DNA of 64,000 nucleotides from Candidatus Saccharimonadota bacterium (GCA_046350755.1 JAXLZV010000001.1:75510-139509); one strand, 5' to 3'; positions 30,099 to 40,603 are shown, counted from the first letter of the stretch. The notes: generated by a model not told the origin, from the sequence alone. Translations and numbers: made by a program.

Positions 30099-31415
30099 AT
30101 GTCACAGCGCACACTCATCCGCGAACTCTCCGACCATATCGGCAACACAGTTGTCATCGAAGGCTGGCTGCATAAGCGCCGCCTGCTCGGTGGCTTGAAC
30201 TTTTTTGTCCTGCGCGATCGGTCGGGGATAGCCCAATTTTTAGTCGAAGCCAAAGATGAAGTCGAAAAACTGCGCGGTCTGCAGGTTGGTACCGTGCTCA
30301 AGGTCAAGGGTCACGTCATCTCTGACGAGCGAGCGCCGGGCGGTATCGAAGTCCATGATCCAGAACTCACCGTCATCGTGCCGGTCACCGAAGAACCAAT
30401 TATAGAGATCGATAAGCCCCTCAGTCACAAAAGCGAGCATCTCGATACGCTACTCGACACGCGAGCAATCGGCCTCCGTAACCTTCACGAGCAAAGCATC
30501 TTTCGAGCCCGAGCCGACGTCAACCGCTTGATTCGCAGCTTTCTGACTGAGCGAGAATTTATCGAGATCCAGACACCGAAACTTTTAGCCGGCGCGACCG
30601 AAGGGGGAGCCGAAGTCTTTGAGCTCGATTATTTTAGTAAAGAAGCTACGCTGGCGCAGAGCCCTCAGTTCTATAAGCAAATGATGGTTGGTGTCTTTGA
30701 GCGAGTCTTTGAGATCGCGCCAGCCTATCGCGCCGAACCAAGTGCCACGACGCGACATATGACCGAACTGACAATGCTTGATATTGAGATGGGCTTCATT
30801 GAGAGCCACGACGACGTTCTGCGTATCTTAGAAGAGTTAGTTTATTCTGTCACTACCGACATCTATAAGAGCTACGCGGCTGACCTGAAGCGCTGGAATG
30901 CACCAGAACTCAAGCTTAGCCGCCAATTCCCTCGCTTCACCGTCGCCGAAGTTCACGAGCTCTACACCCAAGCCACCAAGACCGACACGACTGGCGAAAA
31001 AGACCTAACCCCTGATGAGGAGCGCTGGATTTGTGAGTTTGCTAAAAAACAGCATGGCTCGGAAGCCGTCTTTATCACCCAATTCCCGATTGAAACCCAT
31101 AAGTTCTATCAGAAGATTAATCCGGATGACCCCACGACCGTCTTGTGCGCCGATTTGCTGTTTCGTGGCATCGAGATCGCTACCGCGCCAGTCCGCGAAC
31201 ACGAGTACGACAAGCTAGTTGCTCAAATGAAAGCGAAAGGCCTGAACCCAGATGAGCCGGGCTTCAAATACTACCTCCAGGCCTTCGAATATGGTTTGCC
31301 ACCTCACGGCGGTTGCGGTTTCGGTATCGATCGCTTTGTTGAGAAAATTTTCAATCTCGGCAACGTCAAAGAAGCCACCCTCTTCCCACGGGACATCAAT
31401 CGACTGACGCCGTAA
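30099..31415 (+). CDS. aspS: Aspartate-tRNA(Asp/Asn) ligase, short non-discriminating type
   Basis: LRDRSG, LAQSPQFYKQ, YRAE, PPHGGCGFGIDR; 438 aa with no GAD insert. Confidence 0.9.
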   Translation: MSQRTLIRELSDHIGNTVVIEGWLHKRRLLGGLNFFVLRDRSGIAQFLVEAKDEVEKLRGLQVGTVLKVKGHVISDERAPGGIEVHDPELTVIVPVTEEPIIEIDKPLSHKSEHLDTLLDTRAIGLRNLHEQSIFRARADVNRLIRSFLTEREFIEIQTPKLLAGATEGGAEVFELDYFSKEATLAQSPQFYKQMMVGVFERVFEIAPAYRAEPSATTRHMTELTMLDIEMGFIESHDDVLRILEELVYSVTTDIYKSYAADLKRWNAPELKLSRQFPRFTVAEVHELYTQATKTDTTGEKDLTPDEERWICEFAKKQHGSEAVFITQFPIETHKFYQKINPDDPTTVLCADLLFRGIEIATAPVREHEYDKLVAQMKAKGLNPDEPGFKYYLQAFEYGLPPHGGCGFGIDRFVEKIFNLGNVKEATLFPRDINRLTP

Positions 31416-31442
31416 GGCATAACGGTCCGCTATAATAAACGT

Positions 31443-32135
31443 ATGACGCCAACACAGACTTATACGGTGGAACTGGATAATTTCCATGGTCCACTGGATT
31501 TACTACTATCACTTATTGAGCGGCGCGAGCTCGAGGTGACCGACGTCTCAGTCAGCCAGGTGACGAGCGATTATTTGGCGACGGTTGCTGCTCTTGAAAA
31601 AGTCAAAGATACTGAATTATCCTGGTTTCTTGATATTGCTACGCGGCTGATCTTCTATAAGGCTCGGGCACTTGGCGTCACAACTAGTCAAGAGGAGGAG
31701 GGGAGTGATCTAGCTGAGCTAACTCAAGAGCTGAACCGTTATAAAGTGTACCGCCAGCTCGCTCAAAATCTATCTACTCGTCTCCAGCCACTCACGATCC
31801 GGGCTCAATCTCCAAAAACTAGTCTTCTTCAGAGCAATTTACCACCGCGCAATCTATCGCTCGCAGTCCTCCAGTCGGCATATCGAGCGGCTAGCTTGCT
31901 GGCGGCGCAGTCAGTTCGCCCAACCCATACCGTCACGATCAGCCGTCACGACATCGCGACGATGATGCAGCAGGTTTTGACGGGCATGGAGAAACGCCAG
32001 CGCCTGGCCGAGCTCTTTCGTCATACTAGTCGACGAGAGCTCACCCTGCGACTGCTGGCCTTGCTGGAATTAGCCAAGCAAGGGGCGGTCGATATATTTA
32101 TAGAAAACGAGACGAGCTATGTCCAAGCAACCTAG
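31443..32135 (+). CDS. scpA: Segregation and condensation protein A
   Basis: FHGPLDLLLSLI; C-terminal LALLELAKQG. Confidence 0.88.
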   Translation: MTPTQTYTVELDNFHGPLDLLLSLIERRELEVTDVSVSQVTSDYLATVAALEKVKDTELSWFLDIATRLIFYKARALGVTTSQEEEGSDLAELTQELNRYKVYRQLAQNLSTRLQPLTIRAQSPKTSLLQSNLPPRNLSLAVLQSAYRAASLLAAQSVRPTHTVTISRHDIATMMQQVLTGMEKRQRLAELFRHTSRRELTLRLLALLELAKQGAVDIFIENETSYVQAT

Positions 32136-32640
32136 TCTCTCAGCTCAACTTGAAGCGATTCTCTTCGTGCAAGGCGGTCCAGTCAGTGCAGCCAAGCTCG
32201 CCAAAATACTAGCCGTGGAGACCAAAGCAGTGCAGTCAGGCCTAGCTGCGCTGCGTAATGATCTCTCCGGGCGTGGCCTAGCCATCATCGAAAGTCACGC
32301 CGGCTATGAGCTAGCGGTCGCGCCGGAGTTGCAACCACTCGCTAACGAGCTCACCACTGAAACCGCGCCCCAGCTCTCCCAATCGAGCCTTGAAGTCTTG
32401 GCCGTCATTACCTATGACGGGCCCGTCGACAAAGCTCATATCGACAATATCCGCGGAGTCGCTAGCGATAGCTCACTGCGGGCTCTGATGAGCCGAGACC
32501 TCATACAACAGCTCAAAGCTAGCAGTGAATCCGGACCCCGCTACGAACTTACGAGCCTGGCTTGGCAACATCTTGGCTTGCGGAGTCGGAAAGAGTTACC
32601 GCCACAACCAAAGGTAAAACCAGCCAATGCGCCTCAATAG
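32119..32640 (+). CDS. scpB: Segregation and condensation protein B
   Basis: LEAILF, LSQSSLEVLAVITY, IDNIRGV. Confidence 0.88.
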   Translation: MSKQPSLSAQLEAILFVQGGPVSAAKLAKILAVETKAVQSGLAALRNDLSGRGLAIIESHAGYELAVAPELQPLANELTTETAPQLSQSSLEVLAVITYDGPVDKAHIDNIRGVASDSSLRALMSRDLIQQLKASSESGPRYELTSLAWQHLGLRSRKELPPQPKVKPANAPQ

Positions 32641-33301
32641 ATGGCTCGTTATTCACGGAGCGGCAGGCGCTCGACGCAAGGCCGACGACTTGATTGCGGC
32701 CGGACGAGTTCGCATCAACGGCGCCATTGCCGCGCTGGGCGATCGCATTGACGATGGTGACACTGTGACTTTGGATGGAATATACATTGAGCCACAAAAA
32801 CCCGAGACCCATTTGGTTGCCCTCAATAAGCCAACTGGCTACATTTGCTCCCACCGTCGGCAGGGGAGCGCCAAAACGATCTTTAGCTTACTACCAGAAG
32901 AAATGGGTGAGTACAAAATCGCTGGACGACTCGACAAAGACAGCGAGGGCTTGGTACTACTAACAAATGACGGAGAGCTGGCTAATGCGTTGACCCACCC
33001 TAGCCATGACGTTGTCCGTGAGTATCAAGTTGAGCTCTCGACGGCGCTCACCGACGAGCAAGCTACAACCCTCACCGAAACCGGCATATTGCTCGACGAT
33101 GAACTGCGTCAATTTGCCTCACTCAAGCCAATCGACAAACGCCGGTATGCGATTACGCTCCACGAAGGCCGGAATCGTCAAATTCGCCGCAGCTTTGAAG
33201 CCCTCGGTGTGGCGGTTTTACAACTCCAGCGCATCAAACATGGCCAATGGGAGCTGGGTGATCTTGAGTTAGGCCATTGGCGGACGGAGCGACTCACGTG
33301 A
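32627..33301 (+). CDS. rRNA pseudouridine synthase (RsuA/RluB family)
   Basis: S4 domain, NKPTGY, GRLDKDSEG, EGRNRQIRR. Confidence 0.92.
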   Translation: MRLNRWLVIHGAAGARRKADDLIAAGRVRINGAIAALGDRIDDGDTVTLDGIYIEPQKPETHLVALNKPTGYICSHRRQGSAKTIFSLLPEEMGEYKIAGRLDKDSEGLVLLTNDGELANALTHPSHDVVREYQVELSTALTDEQATTLTETGILLDDELRQFASLKPIDKRRYAITLHEGRNRQIRRSFEALGVAVLQLQRIKHGQWELGDLELGHWRTERLT

Positions 33302-34173
33302 ATAGTGTGGCCCAATCTATCCTCGGTGGGCTAACAGCAGTTGTGCTCGCCATCGCGCCCTTCAGTACTACGACGCCCTCACCCGGTGTGCCGGCAGCAA
33401 GCTTCGCCCCGCAGGTTACCGCTGATGCACCGACGACATACGCCGTGCAAGCTAAGTCAGCCCTCATCATCGATCGGGCGACTGGTCGCGCTATCTACGC
33501 GAAAAATACGAGCCAGGCTCTACCGATGGCCAGCCTTACCAAGCTCATGACAGCCTACCTGATCATTCGCAGCCACACTGGTAACGAAAAAGTCATCATC
33601 CCGCCTGATGTCAAAGCAGTTGCGGCCGGCGGTAGCGTAGTCATCGGCCTGAAGCCAGGCGACAGTGCCACTGTCGATCAGCTCATGCTCGCGCTCTTAC
33701 TGCCATCAGCCAATGATGCAGCGGTCAGTCTGGCCGTACACGATGCCGGTAGCGTTCCGGCCTTTGTGGATAAGATGAACGCCACCGCCAAAGAGCTCGG
33801 CCTCACGAATACCGCCTTTAAGAATCCGACTGGTCTCGATGCCACAGGGCACGTCACCAATGCTGATGACCTCGCCCGGCTCACCTCTCTCGTACTTGAA
33901 AGTCCACGTATTACCCAAGTCGTTAAGCTAAGCCGCGGCGGTTTCACTAGTGGTCAAGGAGTGCCGTATGCCTTCATCTCGACGAATGAATTACTCAACA
34001 AACCTGGAGTGGTTGGCGTAAAGACTGGCTATACGCAGGCCGCTGGGGAATGCCTCATCACCCTCACACGGAAAGACGGGCGTGAAGTCCTGACCGTGAT
34101 TCTCGGAAGCCCAGACCGTTTCGCAGAAAGCCGAAGTATGATAGACTTAGCCCTCGGATTAGCATATGAATAA
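33298..34173 (+). CDS. D-alanyl-D-alanine carboxypeptidase (peptidase S11)
   Basis: ASLTK (SxxK), SAN (SxN), KTG; GTG start overlapping the upstream stop. Confidence 0.9.
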   Translation: MNSVAQSILGGLTAVVLAIAPFSTTTPSPGVPAASFAPQVTADAPTTYAVQAKSALIIDRATGRAIYAKNTSQALPMASLTKLMTAYLIIRSHTGNEKVIIPPDVKAVAAGGSVVIGLKPGDSATVDQLMLALLLPSANDAAVSLAVHDAGSVPAFVDKMNATAKELGLTNTAFKNPTGLDATGHVTNADDLARLTSLVLESPRITQVVKLSRGGFTSGQGVPYAFISTNELLNKPGVVGVKTGYTQAAGECLITLTRKDGREVLTVILGSPDRFAESRSMIDLALGLAYE

Positions 34174-35509
34174 TACTCAATCAATTCCTCGCTTTGTTTT
34201 GGTCGGCATCCCCAACGCCGGTAAGTCCAGTTTGCTCAATCGACTGACTGGCAACCGGGCCGTTATCATTCACGATAAAGCTCATACGACGAGAGATATT
34301 ACCTTACATCCCGTCGAATGGGCAGAACGTGCTGCCTACGTTCAAGATACCCCTGGCTTCACCAGCTCCCCAGATAGTGAGATCGAAACCGAAGCCCAAG
34401 CTCAGCTCAAAGCCGCCCTTCATGAGGCTACAGCGGTGGTTTTTGTCGTTGATATCACCAGCCCCGGCATTACAGACGCTGAACGCCTCTTGGCACGCCT
34501 GGTTCGCCAATCAGGCAAACCGGTGATTCTAGCTCTCAATCAAGCTGACAAAAAGCATGGTGACACGGCTCATTTCCGCGCTCTTGGATTTGAGTCAAGT
34601 CTCGAAGTTTCTGCCCATCACGCAACTGGCATTGATGATCTAAAAACTCATTTGCTAGCGTTAGCTCCAGTTAGCGACGAGGCTCCGCAACACACGCCAA
34701 ACCAGTGGCGAGTAGCCTTCCTGGGGCGACCGAATGTCGGTAAGTCGAGTCTTCTGAATGCCTTTACGCACGCCAATTCAGCAATCGTCAGCGCCGAAGC
34801 TGGCACGACGCGCGACCCCGTCTCGGCGACCATCACCCATAATGACACACAGCTCCTGCTGACCGACACGGCTGGTATGCGCCGTCCCGGCAAAATTGGC
34901 CGCGACATCGAGTATTTCTCGCTCACTCGCACCAAACAAGTCATCGCGCAAGCCGACATTTGTGTATTAGTCCTCGACGCCACCGACCCTGCTACGGCCA
35001 TGGATCAACGAATCGCCGGCATGATTCGTGAAGCCGGTAAAGGACTCGTCATAGCCGTCAATAAATCCGATGCCGTCACCGAAGAGGATGAACGGCGCGG
35101 ACGACTCGACAAACGCCTGACGCGCGATCTCGAATTTGTCTGGTGGGCACCCTACGTCCTGGTTTCCGCCACCACTGGCCTCAACCTCGATGTCCTCCTC
35201 GATCAGATCTGCGAAGTCGGGAATCGCCTGACACAAAAACTTCTGACGCGCGAGCTCAATAAATTTCTCACCCAAGCTACCGTGTCGCGGCCGCCAGCCA
35301 GCTCGGGCCTCCTACGACCTAAACTCAACTACATCACCCAGACGAGCTCAAATCCGATCGAATTTTCACTATTTGGCACCCATCCAGATGCCATTCACTT
35401 TAGTTATCGACGTTATCTCGAGAATCAGCTGCGCGAACACATCGATTTGCGCGGTGTGCCGATAAAGCTTATCTTTAAAAGTAAGTACAAGCCAAGCGGA
35501 GACGAGTAA
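34166..35509 (+). CDS. der: Ribosome biogenesis GTPase Der
   Basis: Two G domains (GIPNAGKS, GRPNVGKS) and a KH-like C-terminus (YRRYLENQLR). Confidence 0.93.
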   Translation: MNNTQSIPRFVLVGIPNAGKSSLLNRLTGNRAVIIHDKAHTTRDITLHPVEWAERAAYVQDTPGFTSSPDSEIETEAQAQLKAALHEATAVVFVVDITSPGITDAERLLARLVRQSGKPVILALNQADKKHGDTAHFRALGFESSLEVSAHHATGIDDLKTHLLALAPVSDEAPQHTPNQWRVAFLGRPNVGKSSLLNAFTHANSAIVSAEAGTTRDPVSATITHNDTQLLLTDTAGMRRPGKIGRDIEYFSLTRTKQVIAQADICVLVLDATDPATAMDQRIAGMIREAGKGLVIAVNKSDAVTEEDERRGRLDKRLTRDLEFVWWAPYVLVSATTGLNLDVLLDQICEVGNRLTQKLLTRELNKFLTQATVSRPPASSGLLRPKLNYITQTSSNPIEFSLFGTHPDAIHFSYRRYLENQLREHIDLRGVPIKLIFKSKYKPSGDE

Positions 35510-35510
35510 T

Positions 35511-36035
35511 ATGCACACCATCATTGTCGGCCTCGGAAACCCCGGATCTCGCTATGATGGCACGCGGCACAATATCGGTTTTGCCGTGGTTGATGAGTTA
35601 GCTCGTCGGGCCGGTGCGAATTGGCGCGAAAAACCCGCCTGGAATGCAGAAATCGCTGAATATGGAGAGGGTATTCTCCTGGTCAAGCCAACGACCTTCA
35701 TGAATGACTCCGGCCGAGCAGTCCAAGCCATTGCTCATTACTACGACATTACTGGCGATCGGGTCTGCACGGTATACGATGACAGGGACCTGCCATTTGG
35801 CACCCTCCGTTGGACCGATGGCTTGCGCACCGGCGCCCACCACAACGGCCTTCGATCGATCGCGGATACGTACGGACGAGACCTCTTACGATTACGGTTT
35901 GGAGTCGGCAATGATCATCTGCGACACAAAGCCCTGCGCGACTTTGTGCTCGAGAGATTCACTAGCGAGGAACAAAAAGACTTACCGAATCTGATTGAAT
36001 CCGCAGCCAACGAGCTCGTCGAACGCTACACGTAA
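35511..36035 (+). CDS. pth: Peptidyl-tRNA hydrolase
   Basis: GLGNPG, TRHNIG, KPTTFMN, HNGLRS. Confidence 0.93.
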   Translation: MHTIIVGLGNPGSRYDGTRHNIGFAVVDELARRAGANWREKPAWNAEIAEYGEGILLVKPTTFMNDSGRAVQAIAHYYDITGDRVCTVYDDRDLPFGTLRWTDGLRTGAHHNGLRSIADTYGRDLLRLRFGVGNDHLRHKALRDFVLERFTSEEQKDLPNLIESAANELVERYT

Positions 36036-36096
36036 AGTATGTAATTTGCTCATGCTCGCTTTTTGTTCGGCTTTTTTATACGATGTAGTTGCGCGA

Positions 36097-36333
36097 GAAA
36101 ATGAAAAGACCACACCAGTCGAAACCAATGTGGACTTTTCATATACCCCTTTCATGTCACCATAAAGGATTTTGCAGCCGTCACCAATATTCTATACGGC
36201 CGTGACCATGAAAGGGAGCGATCTGCTAATGCGGTTGAACCTAAAGGAGGGTGAGTTTTAGGATATGGCCCCGCAATAGCAGATCGCTCACTTCCAAAGG
36301 GAAGGGGTCAAATTACAGATTACATGAGGTACG
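36097..36333 (-). ncRNA. Candidate structured small RNA (family unknown)
   Basis: Minus-strand promoter TTGACA-17-TAATAT (36368-36340), three consecutive hairpins, the last followed by a T-run; no ORF. Confidence 0.5.
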
Positions 36334-36413
36334 CGCTGTATATTATCACAATATACTACCCATGTCAATAGTAATTACATGAGGATTTTGAGTTTACACG
36401 AAAGCTTACTGGT

Positions 36414-37274
36414 ATGACAAGCACTACTACTATGCAAACTATTACGCAAAAGCACAAGGCTTATCCGATACTTCTGCGAGAAATCTACGATGCGCCCAAA
36501 ACGCTCCATATATTAGGAAGTTTGCCAGACATGCCGATGCTGGCAATTGTTGGCACACGGCGACCAACACCATACGGAAAAACTATTGCGTACCGATTAG
36601 CTAAAGACCTCGCTCAATCAGGCATATGTATTGTAAGCGGGCTCGCATACGGTATCGATGGCATAGTCCATCGCGCAGCACTTGATGCTGGCGGGAAAAC
36701 CGTCGCAGTGCTTGGCTGTGGGCTCGACCGCTGTTATCCGGCCAGCCACCAACCACTTATGCATGACATTGTCGCTGGAGGTGGAGCGGTAATTAGTGAG
36801 TACGATGCCGGTACACCACCACTACGTCATCATTTTCCAGCTCGCAATCGTATCATTGCCGGCATCAGCCTCGGCACACTCGTCCCCGAAGCGGACGCAC
36901 GATCCGGATCGCTTATCACCGCCAGCCTTGCCTTAGGGGAGAATCGATGCGTCATGGCTGTCCCAGGAGCCATTACCTCAGAGCGCTCATCAGGGCCAAA
37001 CAACCTCCTCAAAGCCGGAGCAACCCCAGTAACCTCCGCTGCCGATGTGTGCGCAGCCCTTAATCTCACAGCGGTCGAAATCACCCGACCAATCGGTGCA
37101 AGCGCCATAGAGCAGGGGATACTCGACCGCTTAAACCAAGGACCAGCTGACGCTGAAAGTCTGGCGACTGAGCTTGGGCTTCCCATTGCGACGGTTCTCG
37201 CTACCTTGAGCTTACTCGAAATCAGCGGCCGCATTCGCTCCCTCGGTGGGGCCCTCTGGATGCTGCGTGGCTAA
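36414..37274 (+). CDS. dprA: DNA-processing protein DprA
   Basis: AIVGTR, VSGLAYGID, FPARNRII, SGSLITA, AVPG. Confidence 0.95.
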   Translation: MTSTTTMQTITQKHKAYPILLREIYDAPKTLHILGSLPDMPMLAIVGTRRPTPYGKTIAYRLAKDLAQSGICIVSGLAYGIDGIVHRAALDAGGKTVAVLGCGLDRCYPASHQPLMHDIVAGGGAVISEYDAGTPPLRHHFPARNRIIAGISLGTLVPEADARSGSLITASLALGENRCVMAVPGAITSERSSGPNNLLKAGATPVTSAADVCAALNLTAVEITRPIGASAIEQGILDRLNQGPADAESLATELGLPIATVLATLSLLEISGRIRSLGGALWMLRG

Positions 37275-37289
37275 CAAACCGCCGAAAGT

Positions 37290-37319
37290 TTGACAAGACA
37301 CCACCCGGCCGTCTACAAT
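37290..37319 (+). promoter_or_regulatory. topA promoter
   Basis: TTGACA, 18 nt, TACAAT. Confidence 0.55.
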
Positions 37320-37381
37320 CGGCGAGCTTAGCAACACCCCGTCCTCAGCGGCATAACAGTTTTGGAGCCTATCCTATATAT

Positions 37382-39349
37382 ATGAAAAAATCTGTCCTCA
37401 TCGTCGAAAGCCCTGCCAAAGGTAAAACTATCGAATCTTACCTCGGTAAGGGGTATAAAGTTGTCGCCAGCTTTGGCCATGTTAGGGATCTACCAAAATC
37501 CAAGCTCGGCATAGATGTTGAACATGATTTTGAGCCACAGTATATGGTCCCGAGGGGGAGTGCTACCAAGATTAAACAGCTGAAAAAAGCCACCGAGGGT
37601 GCGGATATCATTTATCTCGCAACCGACCTTGACCGCGAGGGAGAGGCGATTGCCTGGCATCTGGCGAATATTCTCGAACTCAAGCCAGAGCAGGAGATGA
37701 AACGCATCACCTTCGCTGAGATTACCAAGCCAGCCCTCGAATACGCCGTTGCTCACCCGCGCGATATTAATCAAGATCTAGTTGATGCTCAGCAGGCCCG
37801 TCGCGTACTCGACCGCTTAGTTGGCTATTCATTGTCACCAATTCTCTGGAAAAAAGTTCGTTATGGCCTATCCGCCGGTCGCGTACAAAGTGTCGCACTG
37901 AAGTTCATCACTGATCGTGAAAAAGAAATCGAGGCTTTCCAGAGCGAAGAGTATTGGTCGATCGAAGTCGATCTGAAGGCCAAAAAGGGCAATTTAACCG
38001 CTAAACTACTCGAAGTCAAAGCTGAAAAAGCCGAGATCCACAATCAGTCCGAAAACGACACCCTAGTACAAGCCCTCGAAGCGGCTGAGTACGTTGTAAA
38101 GGATGAGGAAAAAAAGCCCGTAAAACGCAATCCAGTAGCGCCCTTCACAACTAGTACCCTCCAGCAGGACGGTTATCGGCGACTGGGGTTTGCGACACGG
38201 CGCACCATGCGAGCAGCGCAAGGACTGTATGAAGCAGGTCTCATCTCATACATGCGAACTGACTCCGTTACTATCTCAAAAGATGCCATCAAGGCTATCC
38301 GTGAGACCATTACTAAAGATCTCGGCAAAGAGTATATTCCCGCCAGTCCACGCGTCTTTAAGACCAAGAGTCGTGGCGCCCAGGAGGCTCACGAAGCAAT
38401 TCGACCAACCAACCCAGGGTTACATCCAGATGAGCTGAGTGGGCGTTCAAGTGACGAGGAGCGACTCTATCGCCTAATCTGGCAGCGCGCCCTGGCGAGC
38501 CAGATGACCGAAGCGCAATTTGAGCAAACCCGCATCGATATCTTAGCCGATAAGGATTATCTCTTGCGCACGAGTGGGCGAGTAGTAGTCTTTGATGGTT
38601 TCACGCGGATCTATCCGCTCCAGAAAAATGATGATACACCGCTTTTGCCTCGAGTGACAGCTGGAGAAAAGCTCACCAAGCAAGAAATTCGTGGGGAGCA
38701 ACACTTCACCCAACCACCAGCCCGGTATTCTGAAGCCACCCTCGTCAAGAAACTCGAAGAAGCCGGTGTCGGTCGCCCAAGTACCTACGCCCCGACAATT
38801 GCCACGATTATCTCACGCGGATACGTTCTGAGTGAGGATAAGCGCTTAGTACCACAACCTGTCGGCATGATCGTATCTGATCTCTTAGCTGAAAACTTTG
38901 ATTTCGTGACCGAACCTGAATTCACTGCCGATATGGAAGATAAATTGGATGATGTCGCTGATGGGAAAGCCGAATGGAAACCTGTCATCCGGGAATTCTA
39001 CGAACCGATGCACAAACTGATTGAAGAGAAACAAGAGAGTATCCCGCGAGCCGAGATCCCAGTAATTATGACCGATGAAATCTGTGAGCTTTGTGGCAAG
39101 CCGATGGTGATAAAATCTGGTCGTTTCGGGCAGTTTCTAGCCTGTTCAGGTTGGCCGGACTGTAAGAATGCCAAGCCCATCCTGAAAAAGACCGGTGTCG
39201 AATGCCCAACCTGCCACGAGGGTGAAGTGGTTGAGCGCAAGACGAAAAAAGGTCGCCGCTTCTGGGGTTGCTCTCGTTACCCAGACTGTGACTACGCGAC
39301 TTGGACAAAACCGAAGAATCCTGACGCCGAAGTCGCCAACGCTGAGTAG
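37382..39349 (+). CDS. topA: DNA topoisomerase I
   Basis: IVESPAK, ATDLDREGE, SAGRVQS, SYMRTDS, EAHEAIRP, two C4 zinc ribbons. Confidence 0.97.
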   Translation: MKKSVLIVESPAKGKTIESYLGKGYKVVASFGHVRDLPKSKLGIDVEHDFEPQYMVPRGSATKIKQLKKATEGADIIYLATDLDREGEAIAWHLANILELKPEQEMKRITFAEITKPALEYAVAHPRDINQDLVDAQQARRVLDRLVGYSLSPILWKKVRYGLSAGRVQSVALKFITDREKEIEAFQSEEYWSIEVDLKAKKGNLTAKLLEVKAEKAEIHNQSENDTLVQALEAAEYVVKDEEKKPVKRNPVAPFTTSTLQQDGYRRLGFATRRTMRAAQGLYEAGLISYMRTDSVTISKDAIKAIRETITKDLGKEYIPASPRVFKTKSRGAQEAHEAIRPTNPGLHPDELSGRSSDEERLYRLIWQRALASQMTEAQFEQTRIDILADKDYLLRTSGRVVVFDGFTRIYPLQKNDDTPLLPRVTAGEKLTKQEIRGEQHFTQPPARYSEATLVKKLEEAGVGRPSTYAPTIATIISRGYVLSEDKRLVPQPVGMIVSDLLAENFDFVTEPEFTADMEDKLDDVADGKAEWKPVIREFYEPMHKLIEEKQESIPRAEIPVIMTDEICELCGKPMVIKSGRFGQFLACSGWPDCKNAKPILKKTGVECPTCHEGEVVERKTKKGRRFWGCSRYPDCDYATWTKPKNPDAEVANAE

Positions 39350-39438
39350 CCGAGCTTCAGCCTCAGCCGAACTCAACGCCAACATCATTCATAGCATAAC
39401 CAGCTTGACGATACGTCAAAAAAGTCTTGTCACAATCA

Positions 39439-39467
39439 TTGACCTATATCTGTTGTGATGATATAAT
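39439..39467 (+). promoter_or_regulatory. sigma70 promoter
   Basis: TTGACC, 17 nt, TATAAT. Confidence 0.6.
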
Positions 39468-39499
39468 AACTCCCAACCAATACTAATTCTTGAGGGTGA

Positions 39500-40603
39500 G
39501 TGAATTTGATGTCTCCAACTATGACCAGCAACACAACAGACACTGATGTGCAAAAACTCGTTGAGCAACTGATCGACGAGAGCCTTTTAGTACTCAAAAA
39601 AGACCGTGATCGCGAAGTTGTGGCCAAGCGCCACGGCCTCAAAGCCAATCAGCCACATACGCTTGAGCAAATTGGCAGCCAACTGGGAATTACTCGCGAA
39701 CGAGTGCGGCAAATCGAAAAAGCCGCGCTCACCAAGATCCGCGATAACTATCAAGCCGACGAAGATTTTCGTGGCGTCATCTTAGCTCGCCTCGATGAAA
39801 AGGGCGGGATTATCCAGCTCCAAAACCTCACTACTGGCCTTGAGCTTGAGCCAACCGAACAGCCTAATCTCGCATATTTAGTGCGCATCATGCCTGATCT
39901 AGAACTGATTGAGCACGGCGAAGAACTCTCGCCAATTGTTGTCGTATCCGATCCTTACGATCGTGAAGTTATCTTCGGACTTCACGAAAGCCTGCTTGCT
40001 GAAGCCCAGCGTCACGGTAAGCCGGTCCGTTTCGACAAGCTGACTGGTGCGATTGATGGGCCGCACAGCCCACAGGCACTCCGTGAGCTGGCCGAAGCAT
40101 CAAAAAAACTGACTAACCTCGATGGGCAATGGGGCTTAACGTCCTGGCCAGAAGTTAATCCAAAAAGCATTCGCGATAAGACCTACTTAGTGCTTAAAAA
40201 GGCTGGTCGACCGATGCACTTTACCGAGATTGCCGATAAGATCTCCAAGCTCGAAGCCAACCCCAAGCCTGTTACCACCCAAGCAGTCCATAATGAACTC
40301 ATTAAGGATAGTCGTTTCGTACTGATTGGTCGCGGCATCTACGCTTTGGCCGAATGGGGCTACCAGGCAGGTACTGTCGCCGACATTATCGAGCAAATCC
40401 TCCGTGAAGAAAGTCCTCTGTCGCGCGAAGAAATCATCAAGCGTGTGCTGTCTCGGCGCCAGGTTAAAGTCGCTACTATTGCCCTGAATCTCCAAGAGAA
40501 GCCTCAGTTTGAGCGCGTCGGCAAAGGCCTTTATGCCCTGCAAGCCGGCTTTACTCCACAGCCGCGCAAACGTCGCGGACGACCGCCCAAAACTACTACC
40601 TAA
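39500..40603 (+). CDS. Sigma70 region-4 HTH / HARE-HTH (RNAP delta-like) DNA-binding protein with AT-hook-like tail
   Basis: TLEQIGSQLGITRERVRQIE; PMHF..I, HNELIKDSRFVLIGRGIYALAEWG; KRRGRPPK tail; start uncertain. Confidence 0.8.
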   Translation: MNLMSPTMTSNTTDTDVQKLVEQLIDESLLVLKKDRDREVVAKRHGLKANQPHTLEQIGSQLGITRERVRQIEKAALTKIRDNYQADEDFRGVILARLDEKGGIIQLQNLTTGLELEPTEQPNLAYLVRIMPDLELIEHGEELSPIVVVSDPYDREVIFGLHESLLAEAQRHGKPVRFDKLTGAIDGPHSPQALRELAEASKKLTNLDGQWGLTSWPEVNPKSIRDKTYLVLKKAGRPMHFTEIADKISKLEANPKPVTTQAVHNELIKDSRFVLIGRGIYALAEWGYQAGTVADIIEQILREESPLSREEIIKRVLSRRQVKVATIALNLQEKPQFERVGKGLYALQAGFTPQPRKRRGRPPKTTT

